64,000 nt of DNA. It comes from an uncultured Chitinophaga sp. (lineage in GTDB: Bacteria; Bacteroidota; Bacteroidia; Chitinophagales; Chitinophagaceae). Below the pieces are notes generated by a model. That model saw nothing but the letters and a program-made list of their open reading frames with translations, made no database searches and was not told the origin of the DNA. A program made the translations under genes and the position numbers. Below, in pieces: positions 40,311 through 50,152 of this stretch; the stretch's first letter is position 1, and each line of letters begins with the position of its first letter. The stretch is taken from assembly GCA_964399755.1 (NCBI GenBank), contig CAYNSL010000003.1, forward strand, positions 840 through 64,839, in the 5' to 3' direction.

Positions 40311-40667
40311 CGGAACAGGGAAAAGATGATAAAAGTTCGGGAGATAAATGATAAAATTGTTTCCGGCCCGGCAATTCCCGGCTGCATATAAAATTTACCT
40401 AATTCCATGCTGAATATTTCCAATAAAATACTGCAATAAAAGCCGATATGTACCGGTAACGCCTTTTAAGCATAAGGGCCACTTTTAGCTTTTATCTTTT
40501 AGTTTTTATCTTCTCCCGGATAATTCCGATCGTAATTATTCACATCATTCGTAAGAATCCTTTTCCGCGGGTTGAAACTTTCCCATACAGGTATCACCGA
40601 TCTCATCTCCGCACAGTTATTGCTGGATATTAACCGTAACGAACGAAAACAACTAAAATCCTGCCGT

Positions 40668-42320
40668 ATGAAAAAACCGAAACCCCTGCTACTGGGGTGC
40701 CTGCTGCTGCTGCAGTTTTCAGGCACCGCCCAGGTGCAATGGTACCAGAACCAGGACGGGCAAAACCTGCCTCCTGCCGGAACCTTTGCCGCTTCCGTAA
40801 AATCAATCAGCTCCTCCGCTTTTATCGCCTGTTACCTCTGGCAGTCTGATAATGCCGATTATACCTGGAAAATCTCAAAGACAAATCTGGATGGTTCGGA
40901 AACCAGACATCTGTTTTTATCGGGACCCGGCGCCCAGGTTGAAATGAAGCTGACCAAAAACAGGCTGGTCTATGTCTTAAAAAGAGAATTCCCATTCGGA
41001 CAGGATGCGGTTTTCACTTTGTATAAACTGAATGCCAATCTCGAAATACTCGGCCAGCGCAACATTAGTTTTCCCGGCTCTTTTTCCATCATCAACCTGA
41101 ATGCCTTTGAACTGGATGAAGACGGCAATATTTTCCTCGCCGGCGACGGACAATACCCCGACGGCCCGGGTTATAGTCCTGCTTCGTTTGTGATGAAAGC
41201 GGACAAATACCTGCAGTTGAAATGGAGCCGGATGGATTCCACGCAAACTTCCTATACCCGCCTGCATGCGGATCGCTGGGGCCGGGTAACGGTGATCGCC
41301 GATTATTATGCGTTTTACCCCGATGTAAAGATCATCCGCATCAGTGCAAACGGACAAAACGCGGTTACCTATACGGTTAACCCCGACGCGGGAAGGAACA
41401 GCCTGCATTCCCTGCTCGACAATGACAATAATCTATTGCTCTATGGTGAGAAATCGGTGAATGATACCACAGCGGCTTTCTATGGTTGCCGGGTATCGCT
41501 CTACAGCGGGCGCGTAATTTACCACAAGACCCATTTTATGGCGCCGGGCCTGACACTGAACGACCTTGTTACTGATAACCAGGGCCGGCTCTTCAGCCTG
41601 GTTACACAATATTACAACGACAGGGGACCGCAATGCAAAATTGCGCGGATCAGCCCGGCAAATGGACGCCTGCTCTGGAGCCGCAATTTTTCTTATGAGC
41701 AGGATAGTTGCCAGCTGACCCGGCTGGTGGTGGATGCCGATGAACAATTCTACGCACTGGGAGAAAAATATAAAGGTGATTTTTTCAGGAGCGGGTTCGT
41801 CCTGCGGCTGAAGAAATCGGGGCAGTCAGGCGGGCAAATATCAGCACCCGACAGTGCGGCGTTCCAGCGATCGCACCAGTTGACAGACGGGATCATCGAC
41901 GGGAACGGTCAACTGATCGCTATTGGCAATACCAATGACCTGGATACGGCTACATACAGCAGCACTTACTACCGCGCTTTTGCCGCCCGGTTTATGCGCG
42001 GTGGCGGACACCCACCCATGAGTAATGAAGCAGTGGTTGAAGCGGAAGATTCTCCCGGCGATAAGCCGGTAACCGCGGACAAATGGGTGGTTTATCCCAA
42101 CCCCGTACAAAACCAGCTGCTGATCAGAAATTCCGTGGCGGGGGAGTATGACCGTGTTACCGTATTTAATATGCAGGGCACCGCGGTACTACAGCAGATC
42201 CTGAAAGCCGGAACGGAAAGACTGGACGTGAGTAGTCTCGATGACGGAGTTTACCTGCTCGTGCTGCGCAATTCAGTTAGCGGGAAAGAGAAAAGCGTGA
42301 AAATTATTGTCAGGAAATAA
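40668..42320 (+). CDS. Secreted beta-propeller-like protein with T9SS type A sorting domain
   Basis: Signal peptide MKKPKPLLLGCLLLLQFSGTA-Q from ATG 40668; C-terminal VVYPNPVQ...LDVSSLDDGVYLL...KIIVRK. Confidence 0.85.
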   Translation: MKKPKPLLLGCLLLLQFSGTAQVQWYQNQDGQNLPPAGTFAASVKSISSSAFIACYLWQSDNADYTWKISKTNLDGSETRHLFLSGPGAQVEMKLTKNRLVYVLKREFPFGQDAVFTLYKLNANLEILGQRNISFPGSFSIINLNAFELDEDGNIFLAGDGQYPDGPGYSPASFVMKADKYLQLKWSRMDSTQTSYTRLHADRWGRVTVIADYYAFYPDVKIIRISANGQNAVTYTVNPDAGRNSLHSLLDNDNNLLLYGEKSVNDTTAAFYGCRVSLYSGRVIYHKTHFMAPGLTLNDLVTDNQGRLFSLVTQYYNDRGPQCKIARISPANGRLLWSRNFSYEQDSCQLTRLVVDADEQFYALGEKYKGDFFRSGFVLRLKKSGQSGGQISAPDSAAFQRSHQLTDGIIDGNGQLIAIGNTNDLDTATYSSTYYRAFAARFMRGGGHPPMSNEAVVEAEDSPGDKPVTADKWVVYPNPVQNQLLIRNSVAGEYDRVTVFNMQGTAVLQQILKAGTERLDVSSLDDGVYLLVLRNSVSGKEKSVKIIVRK

Positions 42321-42321
42321 A

Positions 42322-42397
42322 GTCAAAAAGGTCAAATAAGTCATATAGGTCAAAAAGGTCAAATAAGTCAAATAGGTCAAATAGGTCATATTAGTCA
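42322..42397 (+). repeat. 9-bp tandem repeat, GTCA core x9 (left arm of an inverted pair)
   Basis: GTCA at 42322, 42331, 42340, 42349, 42358, 42367, 42376, 42385 and 42394. Confidence 0.92.
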
Positions 42398-42428
42398 GAT
42401 CAGGCAACTGCCCCACCGTGAACAGATG

Positions 42429-42522
42429 TGACCTATTTGACAGATATGACAGACATGACTGATTTGACTAATATGACTCATATGACTGATATGACTGATA
42501 TGACTGGTATGACTGATATGAC
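42429..42522 (-). repeat. 9-bp tandem repeat, TGAC core x11 (right arm, inverted relative to 42322-42397)
   Basis: TGAC every 9 nt from 42429 to 42519. Confidence 0.92.
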
Positions 42523-42528
42523 CTCTTT

Positions 42529-44055
42529 CTATTTTAACTGCGAATACGGGAATACCTCCATATTATTCGGGTTCTCGAATCTCTCTTCCTGCAATTCGAA
42601 ATTCTTAAGCCTTTCGGATTTGTATAATTCCCAGTCGAAGCCCCGGAGGAATTCGGCGGCAGCCGCGGCACCTGCTTTGAACAGGGCGATCTTGTCCTTG
42701 TTATCCATGAAGAAGTTCAGCCAGTTGTATTCCTGCACGTCGATGTTTTTCACCCCGAGGTTATAGGCCCGGTTCTTCGTGATGAAATCGCGGTCGTAGT
42801 TGAAGCGAATGGTGGAGAATAATGAGGCCATATAGCCGAAAAAGCTGCCGTTGGTCCGGTTGGCCCCGTCCAGCAGCCCGTCCTGCAGGCGGATCCCGAA
42901 AGTGGGCATGCGGGGTACGGGGTAGCGGGGGTTGTAAAAAACGTTGATGGGGAAATTAGACAGGGTGCCCCCGTCGATAAACTGCACTTTGTCGGGAATG
43001 GCGCCCCTTGCGTTTTCCCAGTTGAGATGCTGCCGCCATTTATCGATCGAACTTTTTCCCCGGATGCCCTCCAGCGTAAAGGTTTCGAAGAAAACCGGTA
43101 TCGACATGCTGGCCCTGACGAAATCTCCGGGATGCACTTCTTCGGGTTTGTTCCAGTAGAGGTCCCACATGCGTGTGAACTCAATTTTTCTTTCTGCGAT
43201 GATATCACAGGTGATCAGCGTAACCAGCGGCATCACGGGCGGGTCGTTGTTGCTGCGGCGCGGATCCGGTGTAACGGTCAGTCCCCGCGGCAGCCGCATA
43301 AAATGATTCGCGAAGTCGGCGAAATGCCGGATCGGTCCCTGCTGCGGGTCGCCCTGTACCGGGAAGGAGGAGATCGTGTCCTTTATCCACTGGTGAAAGA
43401 CCCGGCCCTCGTTCAGCCCGTACCCGTTTTTGGCGAAGGAACGGAAACGGGAAATACTAACGGTGATGAATACCCCAAAAATAATAAAAGTCGTTCCGGC
43501 GGCCAGCCCGATCCAGCGGGCGATCCCGGGGCGGAAAAAATTGACGGCGAAACAGGCCAGGGTCAGCGTCACCAGGGCGATCAGGATCCATTTTACCGTA
43601 TTGAAGATCCTTTTCCAGGGCTTCTTGCCCATCAGCATCCGGCTGATGAATTTTTTGATGAAACGGGTGAAGATGAAATTGCCCGGTTTGCCGTCCACGA
43701 AAGAAAACATGTCGAGCTGCACCAGTTTTTCAACAATCCGCGGGGATTTCTCTTCTTCCTTGTTGCCCGCGCAGGCCAGCAGCATGGTATTGATCGAACC
43801 TGCGCTGGTGCCCGCCATGCTGAAAAAGCGGATACCCATTTGTTCCAGTACGTAGGTATAGCCTACCAACGCGATCCCCAGCACGCCGCCGCCTTCCTGC
43901 ACGAGGTCAACGTACTGGTGTCCGGCTTGATCGGTAACATCGGAAACGATGCAGTTTTTATTATTGTCCTTAAACCATTTTTTCAGATCATCAACCGTGC
44001 GGGCGACTTCCGTTTTTTCCAGGAAAGCGGCGGCTGTCATGGGCGGGGCAGACAT
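42529..44055 (-). CDS. Patatin-like phospholipase with an internal membrane hairpin
   Basis: QEGGGVLG, AGTSAG nucleophile, RASMSIPVFF, FIDGGTLSNFP; two TM segments mid-protein; start 44055 or 44085. Confidence 0.9.
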   Translation of the reverse strand: MSAPPMTAAAFLEKTEVARTVDDLKKWFKDNNKNCIVSDVTDQAGHQYVDLVQEGGGVLGIALVGYTYVLEQMGIRFFSMAGTSAGSINTMLLACAGNKEEEKSPRIVEKLVQLDMFSFVDGKPGNFIFTRFIKKFISRMLMGKKPWKRIFNTVKWILIALVTLTLACFAVNFFRPGIARWIGLAAGTTFIIFGVFITVSISRFRSFAKNGYGLNEGRVFHQWIKDTISSFPVQGDPQQGPIRHFADFANHFMRLPRGLTVTPDPRRSNNDPPVMPLVTLITCDIIAERKIEFTRMWDLYWNKPEEVHPGDFVRASMSIPVFFETFTLEGIRGKSSIDKWRQHLNWENARGAIPDKVQFIDGGTLSNFPINVFYNPRYPVPRMPTFGIRLQDGLLDGANRTNGSFFGYMASLFSTIRFNYDRDFITKNRAYNLGVKNIDVQEYNWLNFFMDNKDKIALFKAGAAAAAEFLRGFDWELYKSERLKNFELQEERFENPNNMEVFPYSQLK

Positions 44056-44183
44056 GGGAGAAGGTTTGGAGGGAAGATACGACAAGAATGCAGCAGTACG
44101 GTCCTGCCCCGCCGGGTCCTGATGAATGTATACAACGGAGGATCCGTAACTATTTAAATATGATTACCGCAGCCGGGTGTGGT

Positions 44184-44693
44184 TTACGCGCAGCATTCCA
44201 CCTTAAACGCCAGGCTGAAATAATTGAAAAACTTTCCTTTGCCCTGTTCGCTGTCGCTGTTCCACGACAATCCGAAGGGGAAGGGGCTTTTGGCGTGGCT
44301 CACCGCTTCACCAAGACCGATCAGGGCGTTTTCGGACTGCAGGCGGAAACCATAGGTTTGATGTTGCCGTAATTCCACGGGCTCCAGTTCAAACCGGATC
44401 CAGCGGGATTCATCTCCTTTTTCCAGTGTCCGGCCGGCATGGGCAATGGCGGGGCCCCAGGTGCGGGATTCCCGGTCAAATTTATGCAGGGTCAGGGTCA
44501 GCTCCCCCGGTTGCTGCACCGAAGCCGAAAAAACCTGGATATTGTCGAGCGATCCGCCGGAAGGGCAGTCGAAGGTTTGCCCTGCCAAATGATCGTTCGT
44601 ATCGGCAGGGAGGTGGCCGATCCACAAAGTGGCATTGTTCTGGGTCTGGCTCAGGATGGGCCTTGTGGGATGGCCGTTTTGAAGTGTTTTCAT
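44184..44693 (-). CDS. Hypothetical cytoplasmic beta-sandwich protein
   Basis: 169 aa; 'AGQTF', 'WIRFEL.PVEL...TYGFRL', 'SLAFKV' resemble jelly-roll surface-protein modules; no signal peptide. Confidence 0.65.
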   Translation of the reverse strand: MKTLQNGHPTRPILSQTQNNATLWIGHLPADTNDHLAGQTFDCPSGGSLDNIQVFSASVQQPGELTLTLHKFDRESRTWGPAIAHAGRTLEKGDESRWIRFELEPVELRQHQTYGFRLQSENALIGLGEAVSHAKSPFPFGLSWNSDSEQGKGKFFNYFSLAFKVECCA

Positions 44694-44898
44694 ATGCTTT
44701 ATTTTAGGGTCAACAAGTTAAAAGCAGCCGTTCAGGCGGGTAGTTATGGAAATAACTGCCGGCGCCCGGCTTTATTGCGCCGGGAGGGTTAAAATAAGCC
44801 CGCTCCCGTAGTTTTTTATGCACCGCCTGTGCCAATTTTCCCGGGGTTTTTCCGGCCTTTTCCGGTAAATTGTAGATGACCCCGGGAGGCCTGATAGC

Positions 44899-44907
44899 TG
44901 TGGATAA
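44899..44907 (-). promoter_or_regulatory. DnaA box (TTATCCACA on the minus strand)
   Basis: Perfect consensus TGTGGATAA about 210 nt upstream of dnaB. Confidence 0.6.
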
Positions 44908-45116
44908 CCCCGAATCGGTCGTGAAAAAAAGGTGCGAAAAGAAAAAGTTTTTTAAAAAGAAATGGGAATGGATGGCAGCCCTTATTTTCGCTTCACTGAC
45001 TGAAGGAAACATTCCACTAACGTAGAAATAACCATTTCTTAAACCAAGTCCGGAACAAGCGCCCAAGGTCATTAGTGCACAACTGATGGTTTAATTTTTT
45101 ATCGCCCTAACCCAAC

Positions 45117-46682
45117 ATGGACCTGACGAATCTCAACAAAGACAGAAAGCAAAGAAGAAAATCCGCGGTGGACCTGGGCACAATGGTATACGGCAAAGTG
45201 CCGCCCCAGGCCAAAGACCTCGAAGAAGCCGTACTCGGCGCGATTATGCTCGAGAAAAGCGCCTTTGACACCGTGGTTGAGATCCTCAAACCCGAATGTT
45301 TTTACGTGGAAGCGCACCAGCGCATTTTCCGCGCCATGCAAAGCCTTTCCAACAAGAGCCAGCCTATCGATATCCTTACCGTGGCCGAAGAGCTGAAGTT
45401 CAGCGAAGAGCTGGACCTTGTAGGCGGACCTTATTACGTGACGAAGCTCACCAATGCGGTGGTTTCGGCCGCGCATATCGAAGCGCATGCCCGCATCATC
45501 CTGCAGAAATTCATCCAGCGCGAACTGATCCGCATCAGCGGCGAGATCATCGGCGACGCTTACGAGGATTCCACCGATGTATTCGACCTGCTCGACGACG
45601 CGGAATCAAAACTGTTCGAGATCACCAATAACCATCTTCGCAAGAATTTTGACACCCTCGATTCGGTGCTGGTCAAGACCATTCAGCGGATCGAAGACCT
45701 GCGGCATAAGAACGAAGATGTGACGGGGGTACCGAGCGGTTTTCCCTCGCTCGACCGTGTGACCTACGGCTGGCAGAACACCGACCTGATCATCCTGGCG
45801 GCGCGTCCCGCCGTGGGTAAAACCGCGTTTGCGCTTAATCTTGCCCGTAATGCCGTCATGCACGGATCCAAGCCCACACCCGTTGCGCTTTTCTCGCTGG
45901 AGATGAGCGCCGGTCAACTGGTGCAGCGGATCCTCGCGGCGGAAAGCGAGATCTGGCTCGAAAAGATCGCGCGCGGGAAACTCGAGGAGCACGAGATGAA
46001 ACAGCTCTATGCCCGCGGTATCCAGCGTCTTTCCCAGGCGCCCCTCTTTATCGACGATACCCCGGCGCTGAATATTTTTGAATTAAGGGCCAAGTGCCGC
46101 CGGCTGAAGAACAAGCATAATATCGGGATGGTCATTATCGACTACCTGCAACTGATGAGCGGAACCGGCGAGAACCGCAACAGCAACCGTGAACAGGAGA
46201 TCAGTAATATATCGCGTAACCTGAAGGCGCTGGCCAAGGAACTGAACATACCCATTATCGCCCTTTCACAATTAAGCCGCGCCGTGGAAACCCGCAGCGC
46301 CGGGAAGGACGGTAACAAGATGCCGCAGCTGAGCGACCTGCGCGAATCGGGGGCCATCGAACAGGACAGTGATATGGTCATGTTCCTCTACCGGCCGGAA
46401 TACTATGATATCACCACCAATGAAATGGGCGAGAGCAACCGCGGCGAAACGATCGTGCGGATCGCCAAGCACCGGAACGGCTCGCTAGAAACTATCAAAC
46501 TGAAAGCTCTCCTGCATATCCAGAAATTCGTGGAAGACGATGGCGGCAGTGGAATGGGATCCGGGTTGCCGGGCAACTGGAAACCGGTGAGCGATACGGA
46601 CGGCGAAGGCGGCGCAAGGGTGTTCATCCAAACCGGCAGCAAGATGAATGATCTGCCCGATGAGGATGAGACGCCTTTTTAA
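45117..46682 (+). CDS. dnaB: Replicative DNA helicase DnaB
   Basis: AARPAVGKT, FSLEM, IIDYLQLM, LSQLSRAVE, LSDLRESGAIEQDSD, AKHRNG. Confidence 0.98.
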   Translation: MDLTNLNKDRKQRRKSAVDLGTMVYGKVPPQAKDLEEAVLGAIMLEKSAFDTVVEILKPECFYVEAHQRIFRAMQSLSNKSQPIDILTVAEELKFSEELDLVGGPYYVTKLTNAVVSAAHIEAHARIILQKFIQRELIRISGEIIGDAYEDSTDVFDLLDDAESKLFEITNNHLRKNFDTLDSVLVKTIQRIEDLRHKNEDVTGVPSGFPSLDRVTYGWQNTDLIILAARPAVGKTAFALNLARNAVMHGSKPTPVALFSLEMSAGQLVQRILAAESEIWLEKIARGKLEEHEMKQLYARGIQRLSQAPLFIDDTPALNIFELRAKCRRLKNKHNIGMVIIDYLQLMSGTGENRNSNREQEISNISRNLKALAKELNIPIIALSQLSRAVETRSAGKDGNKMPQLSDLRESGAIEQDSDMVMFLYRPEYYDITTNEMGESNRGETIVRIAKHRNGSLETIKLKALLHIQKFVEDDGGSGMGSGLPGNWKPVSDTDGEGGARVFIQTGSKMNDLPDEDETPF

Positions 46683-46754
46683 GGAAAGTGGAAAGCTGTA
46701 CTATGAATGTGATTGGTTCCGGATTATAGTTAATAGATAAAAGATAAATGGTTG

Positions 46755-46778
46755 GCTCCCGGTAGCGGGAGCTTTTTT
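46755..46778 (+). terminator. Intrinsic terminator after dnaB
   Basis: GCTCCCG-GTAG-CGGGAGC-TTTTTT. Confidence 0.85.
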
Positions 46779-46789
46779 ATTTTTACAGT

Positions 46790-48067
46790 ATGTCACTTAA
46801 GAAATTTGCATGCACGATCATTGCCGCCTTATCCGGATTATATCTCCTGGCTCAATGCGATAGCAGCCGCCGGCCGATCGTCTTTATCCATGGTTTTCTT
46901 GCATCCGGTGATACCTATGCCGGGCAAATACAGCGTTTTATCGGAAAAGGTTATTGCGCGGACCGTTTGTTTGTGTTTGACTGGAACTCCGTATCCGGAA
47001 ACGGGAAAAAAACGGACAGCCTGCTGCACGATTTTATCGAAGGCGTGCTTAAAAAAACCGGTTCCGGGCAAATTGACCTCGTAGGACATTCGGCCGGCGG
47101 CGGTTTGGGCCGTGGTTACCTGATTGATTCGGCGCATGCGGTCTGTATCGCACATTATATCCACCTCGGCAGTCGTAAATGGTTTACGGAATACAGCTGG
47201 TTCCCTAACAAAAAATGCCTGAATATTTATTCGGCCGGCGATAAAGTGGCAGGATCGATGGGCGGCGCAGTGGAAGGAGCCGTTAACCTCGACCTCGTCA
47301 ATAAAGATCATTACGAAGTGGCTACCAGCCTTGAAACATTCGATGCAATCCTGCGGTTTGTTAATGAAGCTGAAGATAAACCGGATACTATAGCAAATCC
47401 TGTGGAACCGGTACAAATTTCCGGTAAAGCCGTTTATCTCGGTGATAACCTGCCCATGTCCGGGGCCCAGGTGAATATTTACAGGGTAGATGGAAATGGT
47501 CGCAGGTATACCCGGGAAGCCGGTGCCCGCTTCAAGGCGGGAGGGGATGGCCGTTGGGGACCTTTTACCGCTGCTGCTAAAACTTCTTATGAAATCGAGT
47601 TAGTTCCGGCCAACAGCGGGGAACGGGTAATCTCCTATTTTTTCGAACCATTTACGGAAACGGACAGATACGTATACCTGCGGGGTTTTCCGAAATCGAA
47701 TATGATCAGTAAGATGCTGGGAAACCTGCCCGTAAAAGAGGAGCAGTCGGCCCTTGTTATTTATTCTTCCACAAAGGCAATGATCGCCGGCCGGGACAGT
47801 GTGACTGTGAATGGTATTACGGTCTCATCTCCGGCGCTGACACCCGCATCGAAGACAGTCATCAGCAGCTTTATTTTTGATGATGGAGATGGGCTCAGTA
47901 GCGGCAACCTGTTAAAACAGTTCGCCGTTGCTCCATTTATCGGAGGGGTGGATATCCATTTACCCGCCGGTCAAAACAGGGTTCATACTATTTATTACAA
48001 TAACAGGTGGCTGTACCTTCCCGCCGTTCCTTCGTCGGAAAGAGTATTGCTGGCCGTTTTCCGGTGA
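46790..48067 (+). CDS. Exported alpha/beta-hydrolase (lipase-like)
   Basis: Signal peptide; PIVFIHGF, DLVGHSAGG nucleophile elbow. Confidence 0.8.
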   Translation: MSLKKFACTIIAALSGLYLLAQCDSSRRPIVFIHGFLASGDTYAGQIQRFIGKGYCADRLFVFDWNSVSGNGKKTDSLLHDFIEGVLKKTGSGQIDLVGHSAGGGLGRGYLIDSAHAVCIAHYIHLGSRKWFTEYSWFPNKKCLNIYSAGDKVAGSMGGAVEGAVNLDLVNKDHYEVATSLETFDAILRFVNEAEDKPDTIANPVEPVQISGKAVYLGDNLPMSGAQVNIYRVDGNGRRYTREAGARFKAGGDGRWGPFTAAAKTSYEIELVPANSGERVISYFFEPFTETDRYVYLRGFPKSNMISKMLGNLPVKEEQSALVIYSSTKAMIAGRDSVTVNGITVSSPALTPASKTVISSFIFDDGDGLSSGNLLKQFAVAPFIGGVDIHLPAGQNRVHTIYYNNRWLYLPAVPSSERVLLAVFR

Positions 48068-48069
48068 AA

Positions 48070-48798
48070 ATGCAATTGCCCTTTTTCTATATTAAACAAT
48101 ATGCCGGTGAAAAGCAACTGGTGCTGGACGAAACTGCCAGCCGGCATATGATACAGGTGTTACGGATGAAAATGGGCGAGGGTTTGATTTTGACGGACGG
48201 AATGGGAAACCGGTTGGAGGCGGTCATCAGGGAAGAACATAAAAAACACTGTGTGGCGGAGGTGAAGGCTGCATACTTTGAACCCAGGGTTTCGAAATCG
48301 GTAACGATTGCCATTTCCCTGTTGAAAAGCAGCGACCGTTTTGAATGGTTCCTTGAAAAAGCTACCGAGCTTGGCGTGAACGAAATCGTTCCGCTGATCT
48401 GCGAACGCACCGAAAAACAAAAATTCCGTTACGACCGGATGCAAAGCATCTGCATCAGCGCCATGCTGCAGAGCAGGCAGTGCTGGTTGCCGGTTTTGGG
48501 GGAGGGGGTTAAGTATATAAAGTATATAGAGTATATAAAGTCTATAAAGTTGGGGGAGGGAGACCCGTTATTGCTGATTGCGCATTGCGGGGAGGGGGAA
48601 AAGAAAATGCTAAGTGAATTACTTCCATCAACTAACAAAGATGTTCATATGCTCATTGGACCCGAGGGGGATTTTACACCGGGAGAGATCGAAGCCGCGC
48701 AACAGCAAAATTTTCAGCCCGTATCGTTAGGCTCAAACCGCTTGCGTACGGAAACGGCCGGATTGGTGGCGGCAACCATTTTGCAATTAATGAAATAA
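48070..48798 (+). CDS. rsmE: 16S rRNA m3U1498 methyltransferase RsmE
   Basis: HMIQVLRM, EKATELGV, AMLQS, LIGPEGDF, LGSNRLRTETAG. Confidence 0.95.
   Translation: MQLPFFYIKQYAGEKQLVLDETASRHMIQVLRMKMGEGLILTDGMGNRLEAVIREEHKKHCVAEVKAAYFEPRVSKSVTIAISLLKSSDRFEWFLEKATELGVNEIVPLICERTEKQKFRYDRMQSICISAMLQSRQCWLPVLGEGVKYIKYIEYIKSIKLGEGDPLLLIAHCGEGEKKMLSELLPSTNKDVHMLIGPEGDFTPGEIEAAQQQNFQPVSLGSNRLRTETAGLVAATILQLMK
48511..48550 (+). repeat. In-frame 9-bp tandem repeat (AAGTATATA-like) inside rsmE
   Basis: aagtatata aagtatata gagtatata aagtctata aagt = KYI KYI EYI KSI K; flanked by TTGGGGGAGGG at 48496-48506 and 48550-48560. Confidence 0.85.
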
Positions 48799-48853
48799 AG
48801 AATTACTTGTAACGACTGTCCCTGTTTTGTAACTTCCTGTATAAAGTGAGCGC

Positions 48854-50152
48854 ATGTATGCAAATTTCCCAAACGGGCTGGCCATTCCCTGTTTCCTGTT
48901 ACTGGGCGCCACATTCATCATGTTCGTATATCATCTTCTGTTATATTTTCAATACCGGGAGCGTATCATACTGAAATATTGCTTTTACCTGCTGGCGATA
49001 TCCCTGTACCTGCTGGCGGATATCAATGCCCGCATTGCCGGGGAAGGCGCGCAAATGACATCAAAAGTATTGCTGGCCGATTCGTTTAATTTTATCGTGA
49101 TCCTCGCTTATGCCTCTTTTATCATTGAAGCCATCCCGGGTTCCAGGGAGAGATACAGGAAGCTTTACCGTATCTGGCAACTGGTAAGCGGCATAGCCGG
49201 GATTTATATACTCTGCTGTTTTGCTATCTGTATTCCGGGTCCTATCGGGTACGAAGGGATTTTAGGCATACTGAATAATGTCTTCCGTGTTGTATTTGTG
49301 ATCATCGGCATCGGCGCATCAATTATCCTTTTCCCGCTGATGAATGACCGGTTTCTGAACTGGATAAAATGGGGGGCGGTCATCTATCTTTTCTTTATGG
49401 GCATGGTCATGCTGACCATGCTGGCCACTCCCGCTAATATTCTGTTCGGGCTTTCACCCATGCAATATGTGTATCTGGGAATCCTGGCGGATATTATCAT
49501 CTTTTCAGTTGCGATGAGCTTTAAAGTGAAGGAAATTTTCCGGAAAGTGGCCGATGTCAGGAACCGGCTTTCGCGGGATCTGCACGACGAGATCGGCGCC
49601 ACGCTTAGCGGGGTGACCCTGATGAGCGAGCTGGTCAGGAATAAACTTGAAACGAAAACCGGGGAAACAATCATTCCTTTCATCGACCGTATCTCGGAAG
49701 CAACAAAATTGATGTCAGAAAAAATGAATGATATCGTTTGGGCAATCAACCCGGAGAACGATTCACTGGGGAAGATCATTTTCCGTATCCAGACTTATGC
49801 CGCCGGGATTTGTTCGGCCCGGAACATCCAGTTGCATGTGGAACGGCCCGCAAATTCCGGCGATGAATCCCTGAACCTGACTGCCCGGAATAACCTGTAC
49901 CTCATCTGTAAGGAAGCTATTAATAATGCCGTGAAATATTCGGGCGCCCGGAATATCTGGGTCTTACTGCAGCAGATGGGAAAGCAATACAGGATCCTGA
50001 TAAAAGATGACGGAACCGGGTTTGTACCGGCCCGCGAAGTAAACGGAAACGGGCTGAAAAACATTAAAGCCAGGGCTGCAGAAATGAAAGCATCGCTGGA
50101 CATCCGTTCTGTTACAGGCAAGGGAACAACTATTGAACTCAGTTTCACATGA
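48854..50152 (+). CDS. 7TM membrane sensor histidine kinase (HisKA_3 + HATPase_c)
   Basis: About seven TM helices; RLSRDLHDEIGATLS, KEAINNAVKYS, IKDDGTGF, GNGLKNI, GKGT. Confidence 0.92.
   Translation: MYANFPNGLAIPCFLLLGATFIMFVYHLLLYFQYRERIILKYCFYLLAISLYLLADINARIAGEGAQMTSKVLLADSFNFIVILAYASFIIEAIPGSRERYRKLYRIWQLVSGIAGIYILCCFAICIPGPIGYEGILGILNNVFRVVFVIIGIGASIILFPLMNDRFLNWIKWGAVIYLFFMGMVMLTMLATPANILFGLSPMQYVYLGILADIIIFSVAMSFKVKEIFRKVADVRNRLSRDLHDEIGATLSGVTLMSELVRNKLETKTGETIIPFIDRISEATKLMSEKMNDIVWAINPENDSLGKIIFRIQTYAAGICSARNIQLHVERPANSGDESLNLTARNNLYLICKEAINNAVKYSGARNIWVLLQQMGKQYRILIKDDGTGFVPAREVNGNGLKNIKARAAEMKASLDIRSVTGKGTTIELSFT

Noticed and set aside
42322-42522. CRISPR array
   Set aside because: The period is only 9 bp with a 4-bp core; there are no 25-45 bp repeats with unique spacers and no cas genes.
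42428-42766. ORF with MTD repeats (MTYLTDMTDMTD...)
   Set aside because: It is simply the translation of the 9-bp array and runs antisense into the patatin gene; no independent coding evidence.
42529-44085. Patatin as a CBASS or other anti-phage effector
   Set aside because: No CD-NTase, Cap2/3, STAND NTPase or other defence gene nearby, and no fused sensor domain; stand-alone patatins are common in Bacteroidota.
44710-45072. 120-aa ORF in the dnaB upstream spacer
   Set aside because: Low-complexity Phe/Lys runs derived from A/T tracts, no motif, and it overlaps the dnaB promoter region.
44693-45117. Chromosomal origin (oriC)
   Set aside because: Only one perfect DnaA box and no clear box cluster or DUE repeats; no dnaA or gidA context.
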